The notes under the pieces were generated by a model. It did not search any database, had not been told where the DNA came from, and saw nothing but the letters and a program-made list of their open reading frames with translations. Below are positions 28,841 to 42,736 of a stretch of DNA of 64,000 bases, in pieces (positions within the stretch are counted from its first letter, which is position 1; each line of letters begins with the position of its first letter). Position numbers and translations under genes: made by a program. Where the stretch lies: the NCBI GenBank assembly GCA_951406725.2, contig OX597836.1, forward strand, positions 5,456,001 to 5,520,000, given 5' to 3'. This DNA comes from Octopus vulgaris. Taxonomy: Eukaryota.

Positions 28841-28886
28841 TATGGAAGAGAATTCCCTTCCATAGCTATTGTTATGGAAGGGAATT
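28841..28886. repeat. Short triple inverted repeat
   Basis: TATGGAAGAG-AATTCCCTTCCATA-GCTATTGT-TATGGAAGGGAATT; perfect 14 bp stem. Confidence 0.85.
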
Positions 28887-29947
28887 ATAGTCAAAATTAC
28901 TAAAGAATTTTGGAGAATGGTGGTAACGTGGGAGATGTTTGAAAAACTATGTTATCTGATATGTGGTTTCCACATTTAAGATGTTGTACTATCTGTTATT
29001 TAATTACCATAATTAAGACGGGAAGTTGGTTCAATTTTAGGGAGATTATGTTTTAAATTCTAGCCAATCAACCGCGAGTCAGAGATCACAGCAACGTAAC
29101 TGAAAATAAAGTTACATCGGTTTATGTGAAGGCAATTTTAAAAGACGTTATTAAAACCACTAGACTTCTTTTCAGCACATGTTCAACACTATATCCACTA
29201 AGTTGGCTAGACTCGTATGGAGTTTGAAGACCAACTGTCCACTATTGCTGCCCTTGTTGTTCAACCTTACGTCACACCTCAATGGGCAGCCATTATATTA
29301 GTAAATACAGACGTTTCTAGTGTAAAGTCAACTATATAAAGGCGAAATGTATACATCTATATGATTTCTCACGCTGCTAGCAATGGCGACAAAGACACAC
29401 TGAAATCACGTCATAACGTCTTTCAAAAAAAAATATTGCAGTTACGCCTGTCTGTGTGTCCCTTTACTGAAGTTGAAGGAAAGATACAAGCACATAGTTT
29501 CTGCGTGTGAATCATTCTAAGAAATACATTGTCCTTACGTAAATAGAACCTGGGGTCTGGATCTGATATTTCCTTCAGGAGCACCAACATTATTGGTGAT
29601 CACAAAAGGGACACTTTAGTATTCAGCTCAGAATACCTTCTAATAAAAACGAGCTGGTGTTAAACGTATTTAAATAATGCCACTGCTTCAAGAGTTTTTG
29701 TAAGGACGAATTGTTTTTTAAAATAACAGGAGGATGTTAAGAGCTGTTGTGATGTTTTGAAACGGCTTGCTCCCCCACAAAATAGTTCAGGGGTCAGTCT
29801 CGCTGCATGGCGTCTGTTGTGTAATATAGTGTCTGTGTGGAAAGTATTTTCTACAATAGCCTCGTGCCAACCAAAGCTTTGTGGAATAATTTAGTCACTG
29901 GGAACCGAAAGAAGCATGCCGTATATAAGTACACACACACACATAGA

Positions 29948-29949
29948 CT

Positions 29950-30014
<65 letters not shown>

Positions 30015-30015
30015 G

Positions 30016-30103
<88 letters not shown>

Positions 30104-30122
30104 CAGATAGAGATAGATAGAT

Positions 30123-30193
<71 letters not shown>
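29948..30193. repeat. (AGAT)n microsatellite
   Basis: Direct reading. Confidence 0.97.
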
Positions 30194-31205
30194 CCAGAAG
30201 CAAAGTAGACTAGTCAATATACTTTTGTACTCGGTGCAAAATACTGGATGAGGACTGCCACTTGATGCACAGACAAGTGCAGGACGGATTAAGCAATTGA
30301 TATATCGCAGAGAGGCAAAATTTGGTCAACCAAACCAGAAGAAAGAGATAGAGGGAAGTCAATATAAAGAGCAAAACAATGGTGGTAGTAGCTGCGTGTC
30401 AGCGAATTAATTAAAATGAAAACGTAATGCGTTGGATATCGGCTGTGTGAGGTGAGTATGCAGTGATCCATTGGCTCTGATCACAATCCTGTCCCGATAA
30501 TGACAAGAGAGCACAGCCCTTATCTGTCAGTCGATTCTCCAATATAATATCAACACTAACGCGGTTATCAACGTTCTCTTTAATCGATTATGCCTCAGTG
30601 GAAAGAAGGAAGGAAAAAATGTGACATTTCGAACACAATCAATATTTTAACTACTAACCTATCTAAAAATATCTCTCTGCACCAGTGCACAAGCGTTGAT
30701 TTATATATTTTTATACAAATTCGATGTTAGATTTTGCTTGGTAATTATTTTTTTTTTATTATTGGCGATGTTAGAAATGTCAGTAATAAAGACAAGTTAA
30801 ACATTAGTATTGCAAGAGATAAATGTTGGTCAATGTTGGGAAAATATCAGTTTTAGAAATATCATTGATTTGATATTCTTGTTGTGTTGTTGAAATAACA
30901 GAATTCTAAAATCTCAGCTTTCTGCGGGAGACCGTTTCTGAGATCGCTCTTCTTAGTAGATGGTTGAATAGGAGATTCTCACCTGTTGGTCGTGTGATGA
31001 TTTTAAAGGTGACCTCCTGGGTCATGGAGGTAATGTTCCACTCTTATTAACACCGCCACCTGTGTGTTTTCTGCTGAATTAATTTGAGTGGCACACTTGA
31101 TGCATTGGCCGGTTTAACATCTCTTGGTTCATGGTTACTATTATCGGTTAGGGGCCCACTATATTGTAGGCACTCGGTTCAGGTGTCTGATTTTAAGATA
31201 AGTTA

Positions 31206-31411
31206 CTCTTTTACTTGGTTCAGTCATTTGACTACGGCCATGCTGGAGCACCGCCTTTAGTCGAGCAAATGGACCCCGGGACTTATTCTTTGTTAGCCCA
31301 GTACTTATTATATCGGTTTCTTTTGTCAAACCGCTAAGTGACGGGGACATAAACACACCAGCATCGGTTGTCAAGCAATGCTAGGGGGACAAACACAGAC
31401 ACACAAACACG

Positions 31412-31505
<94 letters not shown>

Positions 31506-31670
31506 TACGACGGGCTTCTTTGAGTTTTCATCTACCAAATCCACTCACAAGGCTTTGGTCGGCCCGAGGCTATAGTAGAAGACAATTGCTCAAGGTGCCA
31601 TGCAGTGGGATTGAACCCGAAACCATGTGGTTGGTAAGCAAGCTACTTACTACACTGCCACTCCAGCTCC
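31206..31670 (-). mobile_element. Family A SINE, full length, with expanded internal (CA)n(TA)n
   Basis: Colinear with 4145-4543. Confidence 0.92.
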
Positions 31671-32569
31671 TACAGTCTGGAAGTTCCTCCCAAAGGTCCC
31701 TTTCTCCTTTGACTACTCTACATTAGAAATAGTTTAATAATTGTTTCTAATATCGATAGGCACAAGACCTGAGATAGGAACGGGGGGGGCGTTAGAATGT
31801 ACCATAGATCCAATTACGTGATTGTACTTATTTTATTGAACGACGGCGGGATTTGAACTAAGAAGCTAAAGCATCGGTAGAAATGCCGTGAATTGTATTT
31901 TGCGACTTTAATGCTGCCCTTTCGCTTTTGACCAACTCATTCTTGAAATTATGCTGTAATACACTGATATTTATGTGTGTATATATATATTTGTATGAAA
32001 TATCTATGCATGGCCGTATGCTTATTTGAATAATTATGTAAGCATGCATATATGTATTGGTGTGTGTATGTATATGTCTGTATGTGTCTGTCAGGATATG
32101 TGTTAGCATGGAGCGTTCTGTGAATTAGTAAACATACAATCAAAGACATTTCAGCTATGACCATCGTAGACTGTTAGTAATCTTGCTGTTAGTAATCCAA
32201 TATGAATGTTACCCCATCTTTCGTCTTTTCGTTATAAGAGACAGATAGATTTGCTGTCTCTAGTAATAATGAACAACAACGGAGAATCGCTATTTTTCGT
32301 TGATGTTGTACGACATTGTTATCGTTGCTGTGTTGTTGTTGATCATTTATTTATGGTGGGAGAGGGTCTCCATCGGTGTTCTTTTTATTGTTTCATCTCC
32401 AATCGAACCTGGTAAAACGGACACATAAACGATCTTCATCGCTCTTCTACTTATTTACCAAAAACAAAAAGCCTATATAGGAACTTTTACGGGGATAAAG
32501 AAGCTTCTAGGAACGACAATCCCATTCCTTTCAAACCACAAATATATTGCTTAAAAAGTTTGGCACCAA

Positions 32570-33005
32570 ATCAGCAATTTTTCAGAAGGGTGTCGAGCCG
32601 ATAACATCGACCGTAGTGTTCAACTTGTACTTACTTTATTGATCCCAAAAGGATGAACGGCAAATTCGACTTCGATGGAAATTGGACTTAGAAGGTAAAG
32701 ACGGACAAAAAGCTGCTAAGCACTTAAACCGGTGTGCTGAACGATTCTGCCACCTCGCAATTTAAAACCACACAAATATATGTAGATTTGAAATTTTGGC
32801 ACAGGGCCCCAGCAATTTTGACAGAATGGGTAAGTCGACTGCAATGACTTCAGTTTTCAGCTGGTGCTTGTTTCATAGTCCACCCAAGAAGAGTGAAAGG
32901 CAAAATCGACCTCAGCGAAATTCGAACTCAAAGCTTAAAGATCGACAAACGGCCGCTTGGTTTCCATACCCGGCAAAGTAAACGATTCTGTCTCCTCGTA
33001 ACCTT
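32570..33005 (-). mobile_element. Two adjacent decayed Nin-domain SINE copies
   Basis: GATCCCAAAAGGATGAACGGCAAATTCGAC near 32641 and GAGTGAAAGGCAAAATCGACCTCAGCGAAATTCGAACTCA near 32891. Confidence 0.75.
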
Positions 33006-33513
33006 GAACCACATAAATATTGCAAATACATTGGATTAAGAGGTCGTATATTTACATTCTCTGAAATTAATACTGAACGGACAAAGTTGAAGAGCTTTGA
33101 TCACTGATCGCTTGATCGGAACTTAACAACGCCAATACCATAGTGGCATTTTGCCGAATACGTCTCCATGGAATGATTTAGGTTAGAAAATCACATAGCA
33201 AGTTGTTGTAATGAATGAAAATGGTTTATGTAAATGGATTACCTCTACTAAAGTTGTTTATATTTTTGATGCAAGTTGTTAAGAGATGATTCTAATTAAC
33301 AGTTTATCAATTTTCATTAATTGCTGCGTAAGAAGTGATGACGCGCTGAATGGAAGCATTTCATTGGTCAACTGGGATTGACTAATGTTCACATCAATCC
33401 GCTGAACGGATTGAATAATGCTTCTGTGATTCTGTGACGCTAATGTCGTTATATTCGTTCTGCACCAACGTAGATAGGCAAGATGGTTGGGTGGACAAGG
33501 TGGGTGGGTGGGG

Positions 33514-33550
<37 letters not shown>

Positions 33551-33646
33551 CATAAATAGACAGATATGTATATATAAGCATGCGTATATATATAAATATA
33601 TATATATATTGAGAGAGAGAATGAGACAGAGACAGATGGGTATGTA

Positions 33647-33721
<75 letters not shown>

Positions 33722-33859
33722 ATATATATATACATATATAGAGACAGAGAGACAGAGAGAGACGGATAGATAGATAGTTAGATAGGGAGAGAGAGATGGC
33801 TGGATATTTACCGAGGAGTGGCTTCAGCGTAACATTGGTTATTCGCAATTTTTATATTT

Positions 33860-34185
33860 TGTTTGTTTCAATCAGCTTCTATGATTTTTTTTTAGCCGAA
33901 CAAATCTGAACTAGTACTTATTTGCTTAAAGCCTGGTATTTATATAATTGATCTCTTTTGCCGAACCGCCAAGTTACAGCGAAGGTAAACATGCTAACAC
34001 CGGTAACCGAGCAGCAGTGGAGGAGACACACAGACACAAAGACAGCTACTCACGAACACACACACACACATATATAGATACATATATACACACATATATA
34101 GATACATATACATATATGTATGTGTGTATGTGCGGGGAACGGTTTCTTTCAGTTTCCTTCTCCTAAATCCACTTCTAAGGCTTCC
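33860..34185 (-). mobile_element. Decayed family A SINE
   Basis: TCTCTTTTGCCGAACCGCCAAGTTAC and TTTCTTTCAGTTTCCTTCTCCTAAATCCACT match family A. Confidence 0.75.
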
Positions 34186-34599
34186 AATATACATGTATAA
34201 ATAATAATTAAATTAAAATCTACACAATGCAGCTATTAATAATATAACCAGCATAATGACATATACTCACAACATCCACAAGCATAATGCATTGAAAAAA
34301 AAGAAACGAATCTTGTATAGTGCGGTGGAGAATCTCGAAACCACCTCTATCAAATTCAGGAATGTTCAAAGTTCAAATTTTACTGAAAACCAATTTAACT
34401 CTTGTACAAATATTATAAGCGATTCAACTCTCCTAATATTAAAGTCAGTTATTTCTGTATCAACAGCATACCACTTTAAATCAAATTCCAGAATTGCAAC
34501 TCAATACAATTAGGGATTTTCAAACTAACAGGATAACCAGTTTAATCCATGCACAAAATCCGTATGCGATTCAACTCCCCTAACATTAAGTTTGTGTAG

Positions 34600-35030
34600 C
34601 ATATCTTCTAAGAGCAAATTCGGAAATCCAAACTCAGTACAATGGACACTTTATCAATCAAATTGTAACTGTCGAAATCCATCCTGTCGTCCAATGAGGA
34701 GATTTCCTATTGTCAAAAATGTCATAGCGCTTGTGCAGAACGTTAAGAATTGCGGATATATTCAACGGACAATTGCTTCGGTATTTCACCTTATTAAGAA
34801 TTTTTAAAAAATATCAAAACTGTATCAAAAGTTCATGTCTCTGACACAAATGAAAACGCAAGGAACAATGACTGTTGTACTCTCCAGTATGAAATATCGT
34901 TGATACAGCCGTCCATTAACAGGGCTTACATCTGTAAACTTTACCTAACTAGAAAACATCATATGCTTGGAATATCTACAACATTTCTTAACCGAAACTG
35001 GAAGATATAAACCGATTACCGACTAGAAAG
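34600..35030 (+). mobile_element. Decayed Penelope-like element, GIY-YIG endonuclease region
   Basis: CNCRNPSCRP..KNVIA..GYIQRT, then ..ICKLYLTRKHHML..FLNRN, matching the PLE pattern CNCR..CPL..VVY..YIG.T / C.LCL.EK..I..LN.R. Confidence 0.55.
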
Positions 35031-35778
35031 ATTTTTCAAGAAAATTTCCAATATTTTCAGGCGCCATCTTTCAATTTTTTTATGCACAACATCCTCTGAA
35101 GCATCACAGATATATACCTTTTATGTCGATAAATCTTTTGTAACTTCCTTTTTTGTAAACTATTTTAAAATAACCTAAAAACTAGGATATTATACTAATG
35201 GAAATGGATATTTCGCAAGAATAGGGAAAAAAAATATGCGTAAATAATTTTAGTAGAAGGTTGAATAGGAATAAAAATGAATTAATATCTAGAGGGATAA
35301 TAATATATTGAACTATAAAAATGAACTGTAAAAAGAAATAAGACGCACACAGTCTTGAAAACAAATAGTGGATATTCATATTAAAATAAATAGACAAATA
35401 GAGTTATATATTTTCCTCCAGAGACAAATTAGTGTCGCCAACGTTCTCACGTTTAAAATAAAACGTATGATACTGTCATCGGCGGAATTATACCAACTTG
35501 TAAAAGATGTATTATGGTTAGATACAGACTTAGGAAAAAAAGAGAGGAAATTCTAATGATACTTCTATCAATGATCGTATTTATGTATGTACATCTGTGT
35601 GTATATGTACATATGTGAATGAATGTATGAATGCATTTATGTACGGATGTATGTAATTATGAACGAAGTTAAATATTTTGTGCTGCAATATACACTTAAA
35701 ATAAATTCACACCCAGGAGCTTCTTGGATTCTTGATGCTAATGTGTGGTCGTACGTGGTCTCAGAGAAAGTATACATG

Positions 35779-36030
35779 TCTATTATATAAAATCCGTTCT
35801 GTCTGTCTGTCTGTGTGTCTTCTAGGATCTCGGGCATCCTCTATCCGATTGCGCTCAAATTTGATATGTAGATACCGACGGTATCAGGGCGCGTATAATT
35901 CTTGAAAAAATTACAAAAATCGATTCCAGGTGAGAATGCGATCGATAAAGCCGTGGGAATGTGCATTTGTACGCGCAACTACATCAGCTGTTGCGATCGA
36001 TACTATGCGTACGCGAGAAAAATGCACGTG
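35779..36030 (+). mobile_element. 5' fragment of a non-autonomous Helitron-like element
   Basis: TCTATTATATAAAA-(TCTG)n-..CCGATTGCGCTCAAATTTG parallels the 18498 element (CCGATTCTGATGAAACTTG). Confidence 0.55.
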
Positions 36031-36388
36031 CATATATGTATATTTATCTATCTATATATATATTTATATCTATATCTATATTTATATCTCTCTCTCTGTA
36101 TATATAAATATATTTGTATCAATTAAGTGTTGTATCTGGGGAGAGTCATTCTCTTTCAGTGTCCTATAATTTAACACAATGTGAATGACGGAGAGAGTCA
36201 AAATTGCAACCCGCAAAGAAAGTTTTAGCGAAATAAAGAAGGAAATGAGTAGAAATTTTACTGGTGAGTGTGTTAAATTATAAGGCACTAAAAGAGAATG
36301 ACTCACCCCAGACGCAACTGAATATGCTTCAACACACGAACTGATAGAATCTTGCAAACCGAATCCGAAATATATATAGATAGATATA

Positions 36389-36433
<45 letters not shown>

Positions 36434-36945
36434 ACATCTATGTATATGTATATATATTGAGAAACTGGTTTGCTTAGCTGCTCACCTTATTTTAAGTTTC
36501 GTGGAGGTGAAGATACAATAACTGCCTCAGACATTCAGACGCAAAATGACGAAAAATGGACATGCCAACAACAATTGCAGAGAGATTAAGCTCTATTGGT
36601 TATTTCGGACTATGTTGGTAGAACGATAGCTTAGCGACAGCCAATATTGGATGGAATCACTTCGTATGTTCATGCAGACGGGATATCAATGTCATTTAGG
36701 AATCATTAAGTCTTATTTGCTGCGTTAGAGACATCAATGCTTAAGACATGGTACAATGAAAAGCGGCTTCTCGATTATAGAAAAATTGCTGAATCTCCAG
36801 CGCTCAATTACGGGTCATGTGGATATAGTAATAAATTAGCGACATCAGTTGATAGGTTAATCTAGGTTGCGGATGTTAATGTCACTTGTTTGGCGCAGAT
36901 GATAGGATATATCAGGATAATCTGTGGTCAATGGATTGAAATACA

Positions 36946-37330
36946 TCAAAACTGAATAGTTTCTATGACAACAATATGCAATGTCTTCAGTCTATTAATG
37001 AACACTGCAGTCGTTTTGAGTGTGTGTAGTTTCTCAGGCAAGCAGAGCCGACAGTTGCGAGCTCCGGACAAGTATAGTGGAGCCCTGTCGAGTATATACC
37101 ATTTGATGTTGCAAGTGTTGTTTCTGTGTTTCCAGAATTCCAAAATGTATTGGGAGAAGACATGTGTGTTTTGCATATTCTTAGATATAAAAGCGTGCTG
37201 AAATCATTGGCCGTCATTTCCTTGTAGTATCAGCGTAATAGCATATATATAGTTTAAAGGTGATCGTATAGACAACGGCTTTCGTGAGGCAGGGCCTTCC
37301 AGAGGATAGTTGGTATGATTTCGGTACTTA
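36946..37330 (-). mobile_element. Decayed Penelope-like element, GIY-YIG C-terminal region
   Basis: Minus YPLEG/CLTKAVVY..MTANDF..LSQYILEF..NIKWYILDRAPLYLSGARNCRLCLPEKLHTL, with frameshifts. Confidence 0.75.
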
Positions 37331-37839
37331 CAGGCAGAAGATGGTGATAGAAATTAGATTATTTGTATTTACAGTTTGTTGTATTGTGAAATGTTAGCAG
37401 CGAAATTATGTAAATATGATTACCAGATCTCTGACCTTAACATTATAGGGATTAAAAAGTTCCTAGTATCTGTGTTTTAGGAAAATGCTGCTAAACAAAA
37501 TATGGCAAATGTATGAGCGTGTATGTATGTAAGAGAGAGAGAGGATGGAGTGTGTGTCCGTACCTGCGTGTGCGTGTGCTTCGCGCGCGGGTGTGTGTGA
37601 ATATGTCTAGGTGTGTCTATGTGTGTCACGTGTGTGTGTGGATAGAAAATCAATCTTATTAACGATGTATGCTTTTCTCTAAAAAAAAGCCATTTCTGCC
37701 CTCTAAACCTTCCCTGTCTCTCTACCTACTTCCATTTGATAGGGCAATAGGGGTTGGAAATTCTAAATTCGTTCCCATTGCAGTTATTATTCGGTGAAGT
37801 GGTTGCTTCAGTGAAGCTTGCGATCGGCACCATATTATA

Positions 37840-38064
37840 TATTTCTTTATTGCCCACAAGGGGCTAAACACAGAGGGGACACACAAGAACAGACGAACGG
37901 ATTAAGTCGATTACATCGACCCAGTGCGTAACTGGTACTCATTTAATTGACCCCGAAAGGATGAAAGGCAAAGTAGACCTCGGCGGAATTTGAACTCGAA
38001 ACGTAACGACAGATGAAATACGGCTACGCATTTCGCCCGATGTGCTAACGTTTCTGCCAGCTCG
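37840..38064 (-). mobile_element. Nin-domain SINE with 16 bp TSD
   Basis: Homologous to 17707; TCGGCACCATATTATA at 37824-37839 and 38062-38077. Confidence 0.92.
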
Positions 38065-38079
38065 GCACCATATTATAGA

Positions 38080-38255
38080 GGAAAAGGCCTGATATGGTAT
38101 ATCAACCGCAGTACGCAACTGGGACTTAATTTATCGATACTGAAAGAATGAAATTAAAAGTCGACCTCGTCTGAATTTGAAATCAGTACGTAGGGACGAA
38201 CAAAATGCCGCTAAGCATTTTGTCCGGCGCGCTAACGATTCTTCCAGCTCGTCGT
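38080..38255 (-). mobile_element. Older decayed Nin-domain SINE
   Basis: ACTTAATTTATCGATACTGAAAGAATGAAA..GCTAAGCATTTTGTCCGGCGCGCTAACGATTCTTCCAGCTCG. Confidence 0.8.
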
Positions 38256-38742
38256 CATTGTATATGTAAATATTGATAAAGAGACAACCCACATTTAAAG
38301 ATACGTTTAATTGACCGCTAACTTATAATGGCATTAGCAATAACCTAACTCATACGCTGAGACATTCTAATAATTTTCCGTCCTACTGACATTTATCATC
38401 AAATAAATACAGCTTCTAACAATCGAGATAGATTTCCTGGCAAAGTAACATTCTTGCCAAATCTTTTCAATCAAAAGAAATCAAATTTAAACATTCATTA
38501 TCACTTTTATGGGCATTTAACATTTAATTAAAACTTGTTTGCGTAGAAGTTACAATGCCAAGAAATATACCATGGACAAGTAATTATGGGATAAACCAAA
38601 GTGAAGATATATGTAAATCGAAGACGATATTGCGGTAAGGTTAATATTTATCACTTGCTACGAGGTAAGATCATGCATAATAGATTTATATCGCCTATCA
38701 GAAATAAATTCCTTCAATCTATTCTTTTACTTGGTCGATATA

Positions 38743-38809
<67 letters not shown>

Positions 38810-39239
38810 TGTCCCGAATTCTTAATAATCTATATGAATCGCTGTTTCGATCTATCAGTGAAAAGTAGCTGGTTTCGTTTAGTTAAACGAGTATAATTGG
38901 AAGGAGGTGTATCTATGTATGCAAATGTATGCAAATGTGTGTCATGTATATATATATATGTATATGTACATGTATGTATATACAAATACATATTTATATA
39001 TACGCATATATATAAGCATATACGCACATATATAGGTATAAATATACTCAAACACGCACTTACACAAGCAAATACTCAGAACACAGATATATATATATGT
39101 GTGTGTGTGTTTGTGGGTGTACGTGTGGGTGTGTTTGTCTGTGTATGTGTGGGTGTGTGTGGGTGTAAATATATACATATATATGTATATATATATACAT
39201 ACACAGACATAAATATATTATTTTATTCTTTTCTTTTAT

Positions 39240-39614
39240 TCTTTTACTTGTTTCAGTCATTTGACTGCGGTCATGCTGGAGCACCGCCTTTAGTCGAATA
39301 AATCGACCCCAGGACCTATTCTTTGTAAGTCTAGTAATTATTCTATCGCTAAGTTACGGGTGACGTAAACACACCAGCATCGGTTGTCATCGGGGAGACA
39401 AACTCACACAAACTCACACAAACACACACACACACACACACACATATGTGTACGACGTGCTTCTTTCAGCTTCCGTCTACGAAATCCACTCACAAGGCTT
39501 TGGTCGGCCCGAGGATATAGTAGAAGACACTTGCCCAAGATTCCATACAGTGGGACTGAGCCCGGACCCTGTGTTTGGTAAGGAAGCTACCTACCACAGA
39601 GCCACTACTGCGCC
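39240..39614 (-). mobile_element. Family A SINE, full length
   Basis: Colinear with 4145-4543. Confidence 0.9.
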
Positions 39615-39739
39615 TGATATATAATATATTATATATATAAGGATGTATATGCAAGATGTAGGTTCTCTTTCGTTATTAGTTATTTGAATTCATTCTCTGA
39701 GGAAGAACCTGGTCTATGAAAATGATACAACGCTCCCGG

Positions 39740-40045
39740 GTTCCCGGGTTCAGTCTCACAGCGTCGCACCTTGGACAGCCCTATAGCATCAAGCCGACCA
39801 AAATCTTGCGAGTGGATATGGTAGAGGGAAACTGAAAGAAGCCTGTTGGATACATATGTATGCATTTATGTGTTTGTCCCCTCAACATTGTTTGACAGCG
39901 GGTGTTGATGTGTTTACGCCCTCGTAAATTAGCGGATCAGCATAAGAGACTGTTACACTAAGTACCAGACTTATAAAAAATAAGGTCTAGGGTCGATTTG
40001 TTGGACTGAAGGGGGTGCTGCAGCATGGCGGGAATCAAATGATTG
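39740..40045 (+). mobile_element. Family A SINE, diverged, inverted relative to the 39240 copy
   Basis: GGGTTCAGTCTCACAGCGTCGCACCTTGG..GAAACTGAAAGAAGCCTG..GGTGCTGCAGCATGG. Confidence 0.85.
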
Positions 40046-40293
40046 TAGCTTGGCTTGGCTTAGCTTGGCTTGTCTCAGCATTTCATTTCATTTCGGGGTC
40101 GATTAAATAAAAACCAGTTATACACTAGGGTCGATGTAAACTAATTAATCACTTCCCCAAAAATTTGAGGCCTTTTATTTCCAGAAGACCGGATTATTCT
40201 AGTTGCTATTATATCTATACATATATATATATACATATATATATATATATGTATGTGAATGTATGTATGTCTCTGTATGAATATGTATGCATG

Positions 40294-40422
<129 letters not shown>

Positions 40423-40499
40423 ATATTGCTCGAAAGAGAGGGTGAGAGAAAGAAAGACATAGAGAGGGACAGATAGATAGAAGGAGAGATACCTCGGTC

Positions 40500-40594
<95 letters not shown>

Positions 40595-41428
40595 CTATAT
40601 GAATATATGTACAAATAATGAAAATAAAATGTGCCACAGAACAGAAAATGTCACATGAATTGATATTAGGAATTTAAGAAATATAATCAGAAAAATATAA
40701 AAGAATATGTTTTATCTTCCTTAAATTTTAACACTTAATACTTTGAATATTGATGTGTTTCATATAATTATTCAATTTACCATTTTAAAATGCGATCTAA
40801 ATACCAGAAATAGTTTTGAAAAGCGAAGATAATTTAAAGTAAAAAGCAGCCAATAGCCCTAAAGAAACTATTAATAAATGCCCAGTTATATGCCAATATT
40901 ATAGCTGCAAAGCTGACATTCAAAATTGCTGAAAATCCAATTAAGAAACTTTTATTAATATCTTGAAAAGATGAGAGAAATTTCACTGCAAAAGAAGACA
41001 ACACTTTAAAATAAAAAGTATCTTTATTTGCAGATCCGTATAAGTAATATTTGTCAAAATATACTGTTGACGTGGCGAAAATTACATTAGCCAAACAGGC
41101 ATGTTTCATAGAAAGAAAATGATGATTGTTCATCAACAGCATATACGTGACACGTTCACAAGAAAATTTCCAATTATAAAGCATTTCCTTCGATGACTCG
41201 AAATTCGACAGCTGAAATTGAATTTGTCCCCATATTAATAATGCGAGAATAATATAATAGATCAAGAAACAAATACAAGAGAAAAATGCTTATTAAAAAA
41301 AATACAAATTAAGTTTAAATAGATTAACAATTACTACACTGATTGTGAAATTTAAATATCAACAGTCATAGAAATAAAGTTGTCTCCCAACTCTTTACGA
41401 GTATTTGAAGAAGGATTATATCATTTGA

Positions 41429-41821
41429 CTAGCAGTATCGCCCGGCGTTGCTCGGGTTTGTTTCGACCCTTTAGAATTGAAATTTTTGAAAAGTAAAAGT
41501 TTTGCATTATGTAGCTTGTTACTCTCTTTAAGTGAATATGTTTTTGGTTGAAATACACCGACAAATGGCTACACAGCAGTCAAAAAATCGTTAAAAAATA
41601 GGGATTTTCATAGAAAAAAAGCACCTTTTTGATGTAAATAATTTTTGGTGTTAACATGGTTCGATTTGAATGTTTGCTTCTACGGAATGAATAACAAGCC
41701 TTCTTCTATCATACTTTCAATTTTGGTCAACTTGCGCCGCAGGGTCTCGGAGGAGGTAGTGTTAGTTGAAGGCTACCAAACCTGCCATAAACAGACAACT
41801 TCAGCTTTATATATAGAGAGA
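41429..41821 (-). mobile_element. Complete non-autonomous Helitron-like element
   Basis: Minus 5' TCTCTCTATATATAAA, 3' CCCGAGCAACGCCGGGCGATACTGCTAG; A/T flanks. Confidence 0.85.
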
Positions 41822-41872
41822 TATATTCTCCTCTTCACACAAATTAAGAGAACAATGTACAGTGTATCATCT

Positions 41873-42258
41873 GATAGAAGCACTCTGTCGGTTACGACGA
41901 TGAGTGTTCCGGTTGATCCGAATCAACGGAACAGCCTGCTCGTGAAATTAACGTGTAAGTGGCTGAGCACTACACGGACACGTGTACCCTTAACGTAGTT
42001 CTCGGGGATATTCAGCGTGACACAGAGAGTGACAAGGCCGGCCCCTTGAAATACAGGTACAACAGAAACAGGAAGTAAGAGTGAGAGAAAGTTGTGGTGA
42101 AAGAGTACAGCAGGGATCACCACTATACCCTGCCGGAGCCTCGTGGAGCTTTTAGGTGTTTTCCCTCAATAAACACTCACAACGCCCGGTCTGGGAATCG
42201 AAACCGCGATCCTATGACCGCGAGTCCGCTGCCCTAACCACTGGGCCATTGCGCCTTC
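41873..42258 (-). mobile_element. tRNA-derived SINE (distinct head, tail Y) with 14 bp TSD
   Basis: Minus GGCGCAATGGCCCAGTGGTTAGG..GGTTTCGATTCCC (A/B boxes); tail shared with the 45080 copy; ACAGTGTATCATCT at 41859-41872 and 42259-42272. Confidence 0.92.
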
Positions 42259-42665
42259 ACAGTGTATCATCTAACGTGTCTATGAACGAAACTTCTTTAA
42301 AACGACAGATCTTACAATAAATCAACAGGCAGACAATCACACGTACATTAATTACAGCGACAGCCTCCCGTGACAAATAAACACAGTATGCAACATTGTA
42401 CTTTAGAATATATAAGAAACAAATTTGGTAAAATTTAATTGCAATAATGTATTTTAGTATAATTAATTAAATGCAATATGAAAAGACTTATATTTAGTTT
42501 ACATGTTTAATATCATATTTTTTCTATCTCGAGGCTTCTGCAGAATTTTTAACGTAACACATTCAAGCACACGTGAACACACGAACACACAAACATGACT
42601 GGAGACGTATAATCATATCCGAAGAGTATATATCTATCTATTATATATGTGTGAGTGTATCTATC

Positions 42666-42736
<71 letters not shown>

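Noticed and set aside
33335-33405. Box C (GTGATGA) and box D (CTGA) 70 nt apart, possible C/D snoRNA
   Set aside because: No terminal stem and no rRNA/snRNA complement that I could identify; box D sits in the loop of a separate 8 bp hairpin
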